From sequence record NC_070984.1: a stretch of 64,000 nt of DNA, one strand, 5' to 3'. The position numbers and the translations under genes are program-made. The notes under the pieces were generated by a model that was given only the letters and a program-made list of their open reading frames with translations, did no database searches and was not told the origin of the DNA. Within the stretch, counting starts at the first letter, position 1. Each line of letters opens with the position of its first letter. This stretch comes from Escherichia phage ES17. Positions 1-9,284 of this stretch are shown one piece after another.

Positions 1-59
1 GGCCTTTCTCTCACTCTTTAAAGGGGAACTAAATAAACGGGTAGGTAATGAATAGGATG

Positions 60-105
60 GTATACACGGGGAAAGAATAACGGGGAGTAGGCACGGGGAA
101 AGGTG
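60..105. repeat. Iteron-like direct repeats: CACGGGGAAAG x2 (65..75, 92..102) plus ACGGGGAG (80..87) in purine-rich non-coding left end
   Basis: Exact 11-nt repeat copies 27 bp apart with a third partial copy between; inverted C-rich counterparts CCCTTTTTT / CCCCCTTTTT at about 142..173; no ORF. Confidence 0.5.
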
Positions 106-252
106 GAACGTTGAAAGGGAAGGTAAAGGCATTGCCAATAACCCTTTTTTAAATGAGGACTCCCCCTTTTTAGGAAACACGCGGCGAGCGGCTAGCCCCA
201 CTCGGTCAAATCAGAATTTTAAACTCTTATATATAAGGTTGAAAGAGAACTT

Positions 253-417
253 ATGTGGAAAATTAAGTTAATCATTAAGCAATTCAAATGTGATCATGAG
301 TACTATCGGATACGCAAAGCTTACGGGGATGAAAGAGTTCACACCCTTTATAAGTCCACTTGGAGATGTAGTAAATGTGGTAAGCTTAAGCACAGCACAT
401 GGATGGACAGACCTTAA
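253..417 (+). CDS. Small hypothetical protein (54 aa) with CxH...CxxC zinc-ribbon-like spacing
   Basis: ATG 253, TAA 415..417; below ORF-track size cutoff; translation MWKIKLIIKQFKCDHEYY...RCSKCGK; weak SD. Confidence 0.25.
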   Translation: MWKIKLIIKQFKCDHEYYRIRKAYGDERVHTLYKSTWRCSKCGKLKHSTWMDRP

Positions 418-506
418 CGTGACATGGCCTTTATGGGGGTGCCTTAATGTGAAGTAGTCATCAAAGATGACGTCCCCTTTATGTCTTAACTTTATCAGAG
501 GGATGT

Positions 507-647
507 ATGACTGAAGATGAATTAATGAACTTGATTAAAGTGTTCGGGTTTACATCAGAGGATACAGTGAACATGACAGAAGATGAATACGGTAGCTTCT
601 CTGAAGAAGACTACGAAAATGAATACAGGTACTCTCACGGGTGTTAA
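507..647 (+). CDS. Small hypothetical acidic protein (46 aa)
   Basis: ATG 507 preceded by conserved TTATCAGAGGG initiation-region repeat; below ORF-track cutoff. Confidence 0.25.
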   Translation: MTEDELMNLIKVFGFTSEDTVNMTEDEYGSFSEEDYENEYRYSHGC

Positions 648-714
648 TGTGATGTGGCCTTTACGGGTTGATCTTATGATGTGCCCTTTATACTTTTATT
701 CAGAGGATAAGAAT

Positions 715-825
715 ATGAGGTTTTTAAAAGAACTACACTCCTTGATTTATAAGGACATAGTGTACTCAGTATCCCGCAATGCATGGTTCTACCAAAAGGG
801 TGGCAACGGTGAATGGGTAGATTGA
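715..825 (+). CDS. Small hypothetical protein (36 aa)
   Basis: ATG 715 preceded by TTATTCAGAGGATAAGAAT repeat containing SD AGAGGA; in frame with ORF-track 583..825. Confidence 0.25.
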   Translation: MRFLKELHSLIYKDIVYSVSRNAWFYQKGGNGEWVD

Positions 826-848
826 ATCTTATTCAGAGGAGAAGAATT

Positions 849-1103
849 ATGAATTTAGTATTAGACTTTTTATCAGAGATGGTGCCTCGGTTCAGAACAG
901 AGACATACGCTTTTGTAGTCAATAGTGACTCTGAAGAAGGGATGGAAGCTACATGCTTAGGTCGACTTGTTGATTTAGATGATGAAACAGATTTCGATAT
1001 TACAATTGATGTAAGTAGTTTTGGTTGGCTCTTCTTCAGAGCATTCCGCACTTACAGAAAAGAAACATACAAAGATTACAGCAAGGGAGATACAAATGAA
1101 TAA
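849..1103 (+). CDS. Hypothetical protein (84 aa)
   Basis: ATG 849 preceded by third copy of TTATTCAGAGGAG repeat; in frame with ORF-track 813..1103; ATGAATAA overlap with next gene. Confidence 0.4.
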   Translation: MNLVLDFLSEMVPRFRTETYAFVVNSDSEEGMEATCLGRLVDLDDETDFDITIDVSSFGWLFFRAFRTYRKETYKDYSKGDTNE

Positions 1104-1728
1104 TTTAATCCAAGCGATGGACCTTAACGATTACAATTCACAGCTATGTCGCTCTGGTTGTAGCTTACAGCATTTAGAAACTATGGGAAATGTTTCAGGA
1201 TTGGCTGTACAAGATTTATATAGTGGAAGTATTCTTAAACCAACTATTACGGAGAAGAAAGATATGATGAGTTTAGTAGAACAATACCGTGGACTTCAAG
1301 TCGGTACTATTGGTGATAAATATGAGAACTACTACAAAGATCGCTCAAAAGTACTTGAAGAAGTTGCACGGGCTAAGCCTTCTACTCTGGAAGTAGTTGA
1401 ATATGAATCTACTAAACATGATCACCTCCCTGACTATGCTCGTGCAATGATTGAGATGATTGAAGAAGCTGAATATGAAATGCTCCATGATTACATTACC
1501 TCCAAAGATGAATGGCATCGTGATGTTCGAATCGAAGAGGATGGTACAGAAACAATTACGTGGATTCATAAGAGTGAGCTAGTAGACGACGCACTGCGAG
1601 ACTACGAAAAATTTTTGGTCGACGGCTCTATTCTTTTAGAGGAAGAGAAGGGTGCAGAACTTCCGTGGGAAGGTGAGACGATTGCTCTAGGTAAGATGTT
1701 TAACCTGTCCGTTGGTGATTGTAAGTAA
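1096..1728 (+). CDS. Hypothetical protein (210 aa)
   Basis: Internal ATG 1096 of ORF-track 1021..1728 with SD AAGGGAGA; followed by hairpin terminator. Confidence 0.5.
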   Translation: MNNLIQAMDLNDYNSQLCRSGCSLQHLETMGNVSGLAVQDLYSGSILKPTITEKKDMMSLVEQYRGLQVGTIGDKYENYYKDRSKVLEEVARAKPSTLEVVEYESTKHDHLPDYARAMIEMIEEAEYEMLHDYITSKDEWHRDVRIEEDGTETITWIHKSELVDDALRDYEKFLVDGSILLEEEKGAELPWEGETIALGKMFNLSVGDCK

Positions 1729-1733
1729 TGTTT

Positions 1734-1757
1734 GCCTCCGTTGGGAGGCTTTTTGTG
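1734..1757 (+). terminator. Rho-independent terminator-like hairpin
   Basis: GCCTCC-GTTG-GGAGGC stem-loop followed by TTTTTGTG, directly after stop at 1726..1728. Confidence 0.6.
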
Positions 1758-1784
1758 TTGTTGATAATGTAGAAGGAGTATAAA

Positions 1785-2258
1785 ATGTTTGGAGAAAACG
1801 GAGAACTCACGCCTGCACAGGTAGCTGAGGTTACAGGAAGATTACCCGGAGTAACGGAAGAACTCGAAAGCCGTGGTATGAACCCAAGCAATGGGAAGTT
1901 TCAAAAGGGAAATAAATTCGGACGACCCAGAGGTAGTAGAGGTAAACTGACACAATTAATGTTGGACCGTGTTGCTGCAAGTCATTTGTCTCCTGATGAA
2001 GTGTTAATTCAAATTTACGAAGATCCTAATATTCCACCTGATCTTAGATTCAAGGCTGCATCAAAAGTTGCAGATCTGGTATATCCTAAGGCGGCCTCTG
2101 TTGAAGTTAAGATTGAGGAAGAGAATGTAATCAACGAAGAATCATTGAATGCACAAATCAAGGACTTCTTGACTGGAGCACTTGGTATAGACGTTATGCC
2201 TCCAGAAGAAGACAACTCTGAGGACGCTGAAAAGGGGGAGGAAGCGGACGAGAGTTAA
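1785..2258 (+). CDS. Putative terminase small subunit / DNA-binding protein (157 aa)
   Basis: Immediately upstream of terminase large subunit; HTH-like N-terminus (LTPAQVAEVTGRLPGV), basic middle, acidic C-terminal tail; SD GAAGGAG; assignment positional. Confidence 0.3.
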   Translation: MFGENGELTPAQVAEVTGRLPGVTEELESRGMNPSNGKFQKGNKFGRPRGSRGKLTQLMLDRVAASHLSPDEVLIQIYEDPNIPPDLRFKAASKVADLVYPKAASVEVKIEEENVINEESLNAQIKDFLTGALGIDVMPPEEDNSEDAEKGEEADES

Positions 2259-2419
2259 GTAAAGGAAACAGGGAGCTGTCGAAGATCATCTGATTAACAA
2301 TCTAAGGATTGTTATAGTTTTATTGCCACGATGTTCTTTTGCAGTGTACCCTTGTAGTGGAGAGGGGAGGTTCTTTGACGAAGGGACTTTCCCTTTTCTA
2401 TTTTTAAACTGGAGGAAGC

Positions 2420-3961
2420 ATGTCATTAGATAAACAAATTTATGAAGCTCTAACTGGTAACAATCTTAGTGTAGAGGAAAAGAAAGCACTATTGAATATG
2501 TTGAAAGAGCGTGACCAATGGAGGAAGTATAATAAGATTTTGTCTTTCAAGGCGTATGACTTCCAAAAGAAATTTTATGCAGCAGGATTGAAGCATCGCT
2601 TTAGATTCTTGTGTGCAGCGAACCGTGTTGGTAAATCTTATAGCGAGGCATACGAGTTTGCTTGTCATGTCACAGGTCGCTACCCAACTTGGTGGACAGG
2701 GTATAAATTTAAAAGACCTATCTTAGCATGGGCAGTTGGTATTACAGGGGATTCCACAAGGAAAGTATTGCAAAAGGAATTGTTTGGTACACCTATCGGA
2801 AAGGATACAAATTTATTGGGGACAGGTGTCATTCCTCGTGATGCTATCGTCATTGACACGATAGAACGAGATGGTAACAAACTTCAAATCGTACAAATCA
2901 AACATCAAAATGAAAGAGGGGAGTTTGACGGTTTAAGTACATTAGAATTCCGCTCAACCCAACAGGGTGAACACACATTGATGGGTGCAACAGTTGACTA
3001 CATTTGGTTAGACGAAGAAGATCCATACGAGTCTATGGCTATATTCGCACAGTGCGTCACACGTACACTCACAACTAAAGGTCTAGTTACAATTACAGCT
3101 ACACCAGAGAACGGTTTAACTGAACTGGTAGATAAATTTATGAAAGGTGAAGGGGATGAGAACACAGGTTCTCTATATTTCCAGAATGCTTCTTGGTGGG
3201 ATGCTCATGCAGACCTAGGTGGACATATCACTGACCAAGATATAAAAGATATGACTGAAGGTATTCCAGCGTGGCAGTTAGAGATGCGTTCGAAAGGTAT
3301 GCCATTGTTAGGAAGTGGTTTGATATATGATGTATCGGATGACACAATTAAATGTGAACCATTCGAAATTCCGGATACGTGGAAACGTGTCTGTGCAATT
3401 GATATTGGTATTGATCACCCAACTGCTGCTGTTTGGACAGCTTACGATGCAAACACTGATACTATCTATGTTTACGACTCGTATAAAGAAGGTGGCTTTA
3501 CTCCAGTGTATCATGCTCCAGCTATTAATGGTCGTGGTCAGTGGATTCCTGTCATCCTACCGCATGATGCGGACAATATTGAGAAAGGTAGTGGTTCATC
3601 TGTTGCTCAATTCTATAAAAATGCAGGAGTTAACGTACAGAGTGAGACCTTCTACAACAAAATTGGAATGGATGGTAAAAAGAACTTCTTTGTAGAACCG
3701 GGAATCACAGATATCCGAGAAAGAATGATGAGTGGACGCTTTAAAATCTTTAACACAGCCGCTAACGCTAAGCTATTCGAAGAGAAAGCTAGATATCACC
3801 GTAAGGTTGGTAAGATTATTAAAGAACATGATGACTTAATGGATGCAATGCGCTATTCAGCGTGCTCTGTTACACATCGTGGTCGCTCTAAGCATGACGT
3901 TAGCTACGGAAGTGCTTCTCTGTATGAGGCAAACGTAAGCAGATGGAATCAGAGTTACTAA
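2420..3961 (+). CDS. terL: Terminase large subunit
   Basis: 513 aa; Walker A-like AANRVGKS; C-terminal RNaseH-like nuclease signature CAIDIGIDHPTAAVW; SD GGAGGAAG; followed by portal-sized ORF. Confidence 0.85.
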   Translation: MSLDKQIYEALTGNNLSVEEKKALLNMLKERDQWRKYNKILSFKAYDFQKKFYAAGLKHRFRFLCAANRVGKSYSEAYEFACHVTGRYPTWWTGYKFKRPILAWAVGITGDSTRKVLQKELFGTPIGKDTNLLGTGVIPRDAIVIDTIERDGNKLQIVQIKHQNERGEFDGLSTLEFRSTQQGEHTLMGATVDYIWLDEEDPYESMAIFAQCVTRTLTTKGLVTITATPENGLTELVDKFMKGEGDENTGSLYFQNASWWDAHADLGGHITDQDIKDMTEGIPAWQLEMRSKGMPLLGSGLIYDVSDDTIKCEPFEIPDTWKRVCAIDIGIDHPTAAVWTAYDANTDTIYVYDSYKEGGFTPVYHAPAINGRGQWIPVILPHDADNIEKGSGSSVAQFYKNAGVNVQSETFYNKIGMDGKKNFFVEPGITDIRERMMSGRFKIFNTAANAKLFEEKARYHRKVGKIIKEHDDLMDAMRYSACSVTHRGRSKHDVSYGSASLYEANVSRWNQSY

Positions 3962-3966
3962 AGTAA

Positions 3967-3996
3967 GGGGGAGGTTTGTCCTCCCTTCTTTTATTT
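3967..3996 (+). terminator. Terminator-like hairpin between terminase and portal genes
   Basis: GGGAGG-TTTGT-CCTCCC stem-loop followed by TTCTTTTATTT. Confidence 0.5.
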
Positions 3997-4022
3997 AAGC
4001 TATCAACCGAGGGAGAGAATCG

Positions 4023-6266
4023 ATGGCTAAGCAAAAATATAGTGAAGAGGTGTTGGACGAGTTACGTGTTGACCTTCAACGTCGTTTTAATTACGCTCAA
4101 GGTTACGTGGACATGGCTGTTAAGGGCTATGCTCGTGAAGCTTGGGAATATTTCTATGGTAACTTACCTGCACCAGTAACTGCTGGCAGCTCTAGTTGGG
4201 TAGATCGTACTGTTTGGGAATCTGTTAACGGTACATTGCAAGATATTATTAACGTATTCTGTTCTGGTGATGAAGCAGTTACTTTCGTAGCTGACAACCA
4301 ACAGGATTCTGATGCTGCTGATGTAGCAACTAAACTAGTTAACCAAATTCTTCTGCGTGATAATCCGGGATACAATATTATCTCTTCTGCTGCACAAGAA
4401 TGTCTAGTTACTCGTAACTCTTTTATCAAGTATTATTGGGATGAACAAACTTCTACTCAAACTGAAGAAGCTGAAGGTGTACCACCGGAAGCATTGGCTG
4501 CATATGTTCAGGGATTAGAAGCTGGTGGACTCAAGAATCTGGAAATCTTCACTGAAGAAAATGAAGATGGTACAGTGGATGTTAAAGTTACTTACGAACA
4601 AACTGTTAAACGTGTGAAAGTTGAATATGTCCCTTCAGAGCAAATCTTTGTTGACGAACATGCTACCTCTTTTGCAGATGCACAATACTTCTGTCATCGT
4701 GTTCGTCGTTCTAAAGAAGATCTGGTTGCTATGGGCTTCCCTAAAGACGAGATTGAAGCATTCAACGACTGGACAGACACGATGGATACTACTCAATCTA
4801 CAGTTGCTTGGTCTCGTACTGACTGGCGTCAGGATATTGATGCTGATATTGGTACAGATACCGAAGATATTGCTTCTATGGTTTGGGTTTACGAGCACTA
4901 CATTCGTACTGGTGTTCTAGATAAGAATAAAGAGTCTAAACTCTATCAGGTTATTCAAGCTGGTGAGCATATCCTTCACACTGAAGAAGTAACTCACATT
5001 CCGTTTGTAACCTTCTGTCCGTATCCGATTCCAGGCTCCTTCTATGGTCAATCGGTCTATGACATTACGAAAGATATTCAAGATTTACGTACCGCGTTAG
5101 TTCGTGGTTATATTGATAACGTCAACAATGCTAACTATGGTCGATACAAAGCTCTTGTTGGTGCATACGACCGTCGCTCTCTGCTTGATAACCGTCCCGG
5201 TGGAGTGGTTGAAATGGAACGTCAGGACGCTATTGACCTGTTCCCATACCATAACCTACCTCAAGGTATTGACGGCCTCCTAGGCATGTCTGAGGAGCTT
5301 AAAGAGACACGTACAGGTGTAACCAAACTAGGCATGGGTATCAACCCTGATGTGTTTAAGAATGATAACGCTTATGCAACTGTAGGCTTGATGATGAATG
5401 CTGCACAGAACCGTCTCCGTATGGTGTGTCGTAACATTGCTCACAACGGTATGGTTGAATTGATGCGTGGTATTTACAACCTTATCAGAGAAAATGGTGA
5501 AGTCCCTATCGAGGTACAAACCCCTCGCGGTATGATTCAGGTAAATCCGAAACAATTACCAGCTCGTCACAATCTCCAAGTTGTTGTAGCTATCTCTCCT
5601 AATGAGAAAGCAGAACGTGCACAGAAACTGATTAGCTTGAAACAGCTGATTGCAGCAGATGCACAGTTAGCACCTCTCTTTGGTTTGGAGCAAGACCGTT
5701 ACATGACTGCACAGATCTTTGAGTTGATGGGTATTAAAGATACACATAAATACCTTCTGCCTCTGGAACAGTATCAACCTCCAGAACCTTCTCCGATGGA
5801 AATCCTCCAGCTCGAGATGACTAAAGCACAGGTTGAGAACGTACAGGCTTCTTCTCAGAAGATGATTGCTGATGCATTCGACCAACGTGAACGTACTACA
5901 TTCGAACAGCAGAAAGCTGCGGATGAGTTAAGTCTGCGTCAGGAAGAGTTGCAGTTCAAGCAAGAAAATGCAGCAGATGCTATGACTCTGGAAAACCGTA
6001 AAGAAGATAACAATGCTACTCTGGAACAAGCTAAGCACAAGTTAGCTCTTATGCAACAGCAGGTCCGTCAGTATGAATCTGTACTGAAAGAATTGCAGAT
6101 GGTTATGTCTCATCAGGTAGACCAAGAGAAGATTGTTCAGCAAGCTCGTGTTCAGGACAAAACTTTGGAACTCCAAAAGAAAGAAGCTAATGTAACTAAG
6201 AAAGAGCAACAAGCTTCTCTCAAAGATTCACGGATTCCAGGCAAACGTCTTGGAAGTAAAAAGTAA
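4023..6266 (+). CDS. Portal protein (putative)
   Basis: 747 aa directly downstream of terL, upstream of scaffold and capsid; C-terminal Q/E/K-rich coiled coil; SD GAGGGAGAG; positional assignment. Confidence 0.6.
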   Translation: MAKQKYSEEVLDELRVDLQRRFNYAQGYVDMAVKGYAREAWEYFYGNLPAPVTAGSSSWVDRTVWESVNGTLQDIINVFCSGDEAVTFVADNQQDSDAADVATKLVNQILLRDNPGYNIISSAAQECLVTRNSFIKYYWDEQTSTQTEEAEGVPPEALAAYVQGLEAGGLKNLEIFTEENEDGTVDVKVTYEQTVKRVKVEYVPSEQIFVDEHATSFADAQYFCHRVRRSKEDLVAMGFPKDEIEAFNDWTDTMDTTQSTVAWSRTDWRQDIDADIGTDTEDIASMVWVYEHYIRTGVLDKNKESKLYQVIQAGEHILHTEEVTHIPFVTFCPYPIPGSFYGQSVYDITKDIQDLRTALVRGYIDNVNNANYGRYKALVGAYDRRSLLDNRPGGVVEMERQDAIDLFPYHNLPQGIDGLLGMSEELKETRTGVTKLGMGINPDVFKNDNAYATVGLMMNAAQNRLRMVCRNIAHNGMVELMRGIYNLIRENGEVPIEVQTPRGMIQVNPKQLPARHNLQVVVAISPNEKAERAQKLISLKQLIAADAQLAPLFGLEQDRYMTAQIFELMGIKDTHKYLLPLEQYQPPEPSPMEILQLEMTKAQVENVQASSQKMIADAFDQRERTTFEQQKAADELSLRQEELQFKQENAADAMTLENRKEDNNATLEQAKHKLALMQQQVRQYESVLKELQMVMSHQVDQEKIVQQARVQDKTLELQKKEANVTKKEQQASLKDSRIPGKRLGSKK

Positions 6267-6275
6267 GGACGTCGA

Positions 6276-6512
6276 ATGAACATTAGGCATCAATTCAATA
6301 AAGAGCACGCCGCCGCTTTGGCGGCTCTCAATCTTAACGGCAGTCTTGACGCAGCATTAGAGGCATTGAAAGAAAGACTCATGACAGAGATCGTACAAAC
6401 CGAACCTCATGAGAATAAGAAACGCGAAGATTGTTATCAAAAGTATAAAATGGTGGGTAGCTTAAAAGAGGTCATAAAAGCTGCTATCAATAGTGCAGGA
6501 GATGTTTCATAA
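6276..6512 (+). CDS. Hypothetical protein (78 aa)
   Basis: ORF between portal and scaffold genes; stop overlaps start of next gene. Confidence 0.4.
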   Translation: MNIRHQFNKEHAAALAALNLNGSLDAALEALKERLMTEIVQTEPHENKKREDCYQKYKMVGSLKEVIKAAINSAGDVS

Positions 6513-7588
6513 TGCCACAAGATAATTATATTGACCCGAACGATTTTAAATCTTTCCTCCAACTGGATGACCTGAAAGGTTCTTTCAAAGAAGAACTCGG
6601 TCGATTAGAATCTGAACAAGAACCAGAAGTGGACATTGACGATGAGTTCCCGGAAAAAGACGGTGACGATTTCGACTTTGATACCGACCTTCTCGGTGAA
6701 AGCGATGAGCTTAAGTTCGAAGATGAAGATGGTTGGGAAGATCGTGAAGAGGAAGGCGAAGTCGAAGAAGATGAAGACGAATCCTCTGAAGCAGAAGAAC
6801 AAGAGGAAGAAGATTCAAGCGATGCAGAGTATGAAGATGATTCTGCTGACGGTGAAGGTGAAGTCTTTGATGTAGACTACGAAACCGTTATCACCCTTCC
6901 TGATGGACGTGAGATGACTATTGAAGAACTTTCTAATGGCTATCTTACTGGTGCTGATATGACAGAACGAGAATCAACTCTTCAGCGTCATATGGAAGCA
7001 TTCGAGGAACGTGTAGTAGGTTTGAAGGATGTATTAGAACTAGCGTCTTTAGAAGCAGACCGAGTAATTGAAGATTATAACGGTTTTGATTGGGACAAGC
7101 TTGCAGTAGAAGATCCTCAAGCATATGTTGAAAACAAACGTTTCCTAGAGAAGTACACAGCTCGCCGTCAACAGCTTGAACAGGCTCAGGTCCGTATTAA
7201 GCAGGAAGCAGCAGCTAAAGAGCAGGAAGCTTTCCAAGCCAAGAGTATTGAATGTGTTAATATTCTGAAACGTGAGATTCCAAATTGGGATGAAAACTTA
7301 TATCAAAACTTAATGCAATACGCAATTGACTTAGGTGCTACTGAAGAAGAAGTATTGAAGGAAAACCGTCCGTCTATTTTCCTAGCTCTCCATAAAGCAT
7401 ACCAATTTGATAAAGGTAAGCAACAGGTGATGGCTAAGATTAAACGTCCCGGTGCTCCACGCAAGGTTGTGAAGTCTGATGCTGCAAAGTCTCGCACTTC
7501 CAATAAGCCCGACAACGCTAAGGTTGCCAAGGCATTCGCAGAGGGTCGCGTTAGTCACGAAGACGCATTCAAATTCCTCGTAGATTAA
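6512..7588 (+). CDS. Scaffolding protein (putative)
   Basis: 358 aa between portal and capsid; extremely acidic N-terminal half (EDEDGWEDREEEGEVEEDEDESSEAEEQEEEDSSDAEYEDD), helical/coiled-coil C-terminal half. Confidence 0.55.
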   Translation: MPQDNYIDPNDFKSFLQLDDLKGSFKEELGRLESEQEPEVDIDDEFPEKDGDDFDFDTDLLGESDELKFEDEDGWEDREEEGEVEEDEDESSEAEEQEEEDSSDAEYEDDSADGEGEVFDVDYETVITLPDGREMTIEELSNGYLTGADMTERESTLQRHMEAFEERVVGLKDVLELASLEADRVIEDYNGFDWDKLAVEDPQAYVENKRFLEKYTARRQQLEQAQVRIKQEAAAKEQEAFQAKSIECVNILKREIPNWDENLYQNLMQYAIDLGATEEEVLKENRPSIFLALHKAYQFDKGKQQVMAKIKRPGAPRKVVKSDAAKSRTSNKPDNAKVAKAFAEGRVSHEDAFKFLVD

Positions 7589-7629
7589 TCGACAAATTAA
7601 ATTATTAATAGTATAGGAGCTAACATAAC

Positions 7630-8688
7630 ATGGCTAATCCAACTTTATTTGTATCGTATGACCAGAATGGTAAAAAACTTTCTTTTGCTAACTGGATTTC
7701 TGTTCTGTCCCCTCAGGATACCCCGTTCGTATCTATGACCGGTAAAGAGTCTATTAACCAGACTATCTTTAGCTGGCAGACCGATGCACTGGCAAGCGTT
7801 GACGGTAATAACGCACACGTCGAAGGCTCTCGTGCTGAAGACGGCGAAATGAAACCGACTGTTATCAAATCTAACGTTACTCAGATTCTGCGTAAGGTTG
7901 TTCGTGTTTCTGATACTGCTAACACCACCGCTAACTACGGTCGTGGTCGTGAACTGATGTATCAGTTGGAGAAGAAAGGTAAAGAGATCAAGCGTGACCT
8001 CGAGAAAATCCTTCTGTCCGGTCAGGCTCGTACCGATGTTCTGGCTGACCAGTATCTGACTAACTCCGCAGCTGATCCTGCTGTTGCTGGTCTGAATGAC
8101 ACCCATGCAGCTCGTAAGACTGGTGCATTCCAGTTCCTGTGTGCTCACGGCGGTCTTGCTGGTGGCGTTGTTGACAAGACCAAGAATGGTCCTGCTGACC
8201 CGGATACTGGTGCAGTAACTGTTAAAGTTGCACAGAATGCTTCTAACCCGACCACTAACATTGGTTTCGACGAAGCTGATATCTTTGATATGACTCTGCA
8301 ACTGTATACCGCTGGTTCTGAAGCAGATATCATCATGATTAACCCGGCTCATGCTAAGATCTTTGCTGGTCTGCAAGAAAATACTCAGGGTTCACGTAAG
8401 CGTATCTTTGAGAACACCAAGCAGTTCATCTACGAAGTTAACAGCATCACTGACCCGCTGGGCCAGAGCTACAAAATCATCGTTAACCGTTGGATGCCTA
8501 CCGATGCAGTTTACTTCTTCCGTAGCGCTGACTGGACCCAGATGGTTCTACGTGCTCCGAAACGTACTGAACTGGCTAAAGACGGTTCTTACGAGAAGTG
8601 GATGATTGAAATGGAAGTTGGTCTGCGTCACCGCAACCCGTATGCTTCCGGCGTTCTGTTCACTGCTGCGGGAAAGGTGGCGGCGTAA
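7630..8688 (+). CDS. Major capsid protein (putative)
   Basis: 352 aa after scaffold; strong SD TAGGAGCT; codon choice typical of highly expressed genes; Ig-like ORF immediately downstream. Confidence 0.7.
   Translation: MANPTLFVSYDQNGKKLSFANWISVLSPQDTPFVSMTGKESINQTIFSWQTDALASVDGNNAHVEGSRAEDGEMKPTVIKSNVTQILRKVVRVSDTANTTANYGRGRELMYQLEKKGKEIKRDLEKILLSGQARTDVLADQYLTNSAADPAVAGLNDTHAARKTGAFQFLCAHGGLAGGVVDKTKNGPADPDTGAVTVKVAQNASNPTTNIGFDEADIFDMTLQLYTAGSEADIIMINPAHAKIFAGLQENTQGSRKRIFENTKQFIYEVNSITDPLGQSYKIIVNRWMPTDAVYFFRSADWTQMVLRAPKRTELAKDGSYEKWMIEMEVGLRHRNPYASGVLFTAAGKVAA
8670..8676 (+). other. Candidate -1 programmed ribosomal frameshift heptamer G_GGA_AAG near 3' end of capsid gene
   Basis: X_XXY_YYZ slippery pattern in capsid frame (codons GGA AAG = Gly Lys); -1 frame is open from 8610 through 9212; possible downstream hairpin ACAGT-GTG-ACTGT at 8695..8707. 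Confidence 0.45.
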
Positions 8689-8699
8689 CAGTAGACAGT

Positions 8700-9212
8700 G
8701 TGACTGTTAGCCCTGCGTCTTTAGCAAGCCTAGAGACAGGGGCTACTCGGCAGTTCACTGCAAGCGCGGAGAAAAGTGATGGTTCTACCGAAACAACTGG
8801 CTTTACTTGGTCAGTGACAGGAGGTGGTTCTATCACTCAGTCGGGTTTGTATACTGCCCCGAGTGCGTCTCAATCCACTGATGTATCCATTACTGCAACT
8901 TTAGAAGGTGTTTCTGGTACAGCAACCATTTCTGAAATTGTTGCTCCTACTCCTACTATTGTGAGTCGTGGGCCAATTACAGGTAAAGTAGGTGGTACTA
9001 CCACTAACTTCAACACCATGTTTACTGTAACTAATTCTATTGCTGATGATTACACACTTGTTGTAACTCCCGCAGAAGCTGGTACAATAAGCGCTAATAA
9101 TTCGTTAAAATTAGATGCTGCTGCAAGTGGCGAAGTTACTGTTCAAGCAAGTTTGACAGCTGACCCGTCCATCAATGCAACATGCACTTTTACTGGTGTA
9201 ACACCTGCTTAA
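8700..9212 (+). CDS. Ig-like (Big_2-type) domain ORF, probably expressed as C-terminal extension of the capsid protein
   Basis: GTG-initiated ORF without SD; -1 frame relative to capsid gene, open from 8610; Big_2-like pattern TGATRQFTASAEKSDGSTETTGFTWSVTGGGSITQSGLYTAPSASQSTDVSITATLEGVSGTATI. Confidence 0.5.
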   Translation: MTVSPASLASLETGATRQFTASAEKSDGSTETTGFTWSVTGGGSITQSGLYTAPSASQSTDVSITATLEGVSGTATISEIVAPTPTIVSRGPITGKVGGTTTNFNTMFTVTNSIADDYTLVVTPAEAGTISANNSLKLDAAASGEVTVQASLTADPSINATCTFTGVTPA

Positions 9213-9220
9213 AAACTAGA

Positions 9221-9250
9221 CCCTGCCTTCGGGCGGGGTTTTTTCGTTTT
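9221..9250 (+). terminator. Rho-independent terminator
   Basis: CCCTGCC-TTCG-GGCGGGG hairpin followed by TTTTTTCGTTTT, just after Ig-like ORF stop. Confidence 0.7.
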
Positions 9251-9270
9251 AAGACCTATACAAGCTAGTG

Positions 9271-9284
9271 TGTAATGTATATTC
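9271..9284 (+). promoter_or_regulatory. Phage promoter-like motif TGTAATGTATATTC
   Basis: TAATGTATA at 9273..9281, about 40 nt upstream of ATG 9315; same motif recurs at 24475, 34394 (+) and 34202, 45843 (- strand). Confidence 0.5.

Noticed and set aside
3327-3695. 122-aa + strand ORF in an alternative frame inside terL
   Set aside because: Embedded in the terminase large subunit gene; hydrophobic low-complexity translation; no independent initiation signal.
7645-8376. 243-aa ORF on the - strand inside the major capsid gene
   Set aside because: Fully antisense to a strongly supported, well-initiated + strand gene in a region where every other gene is on the + strand; most likely a chance open frame.
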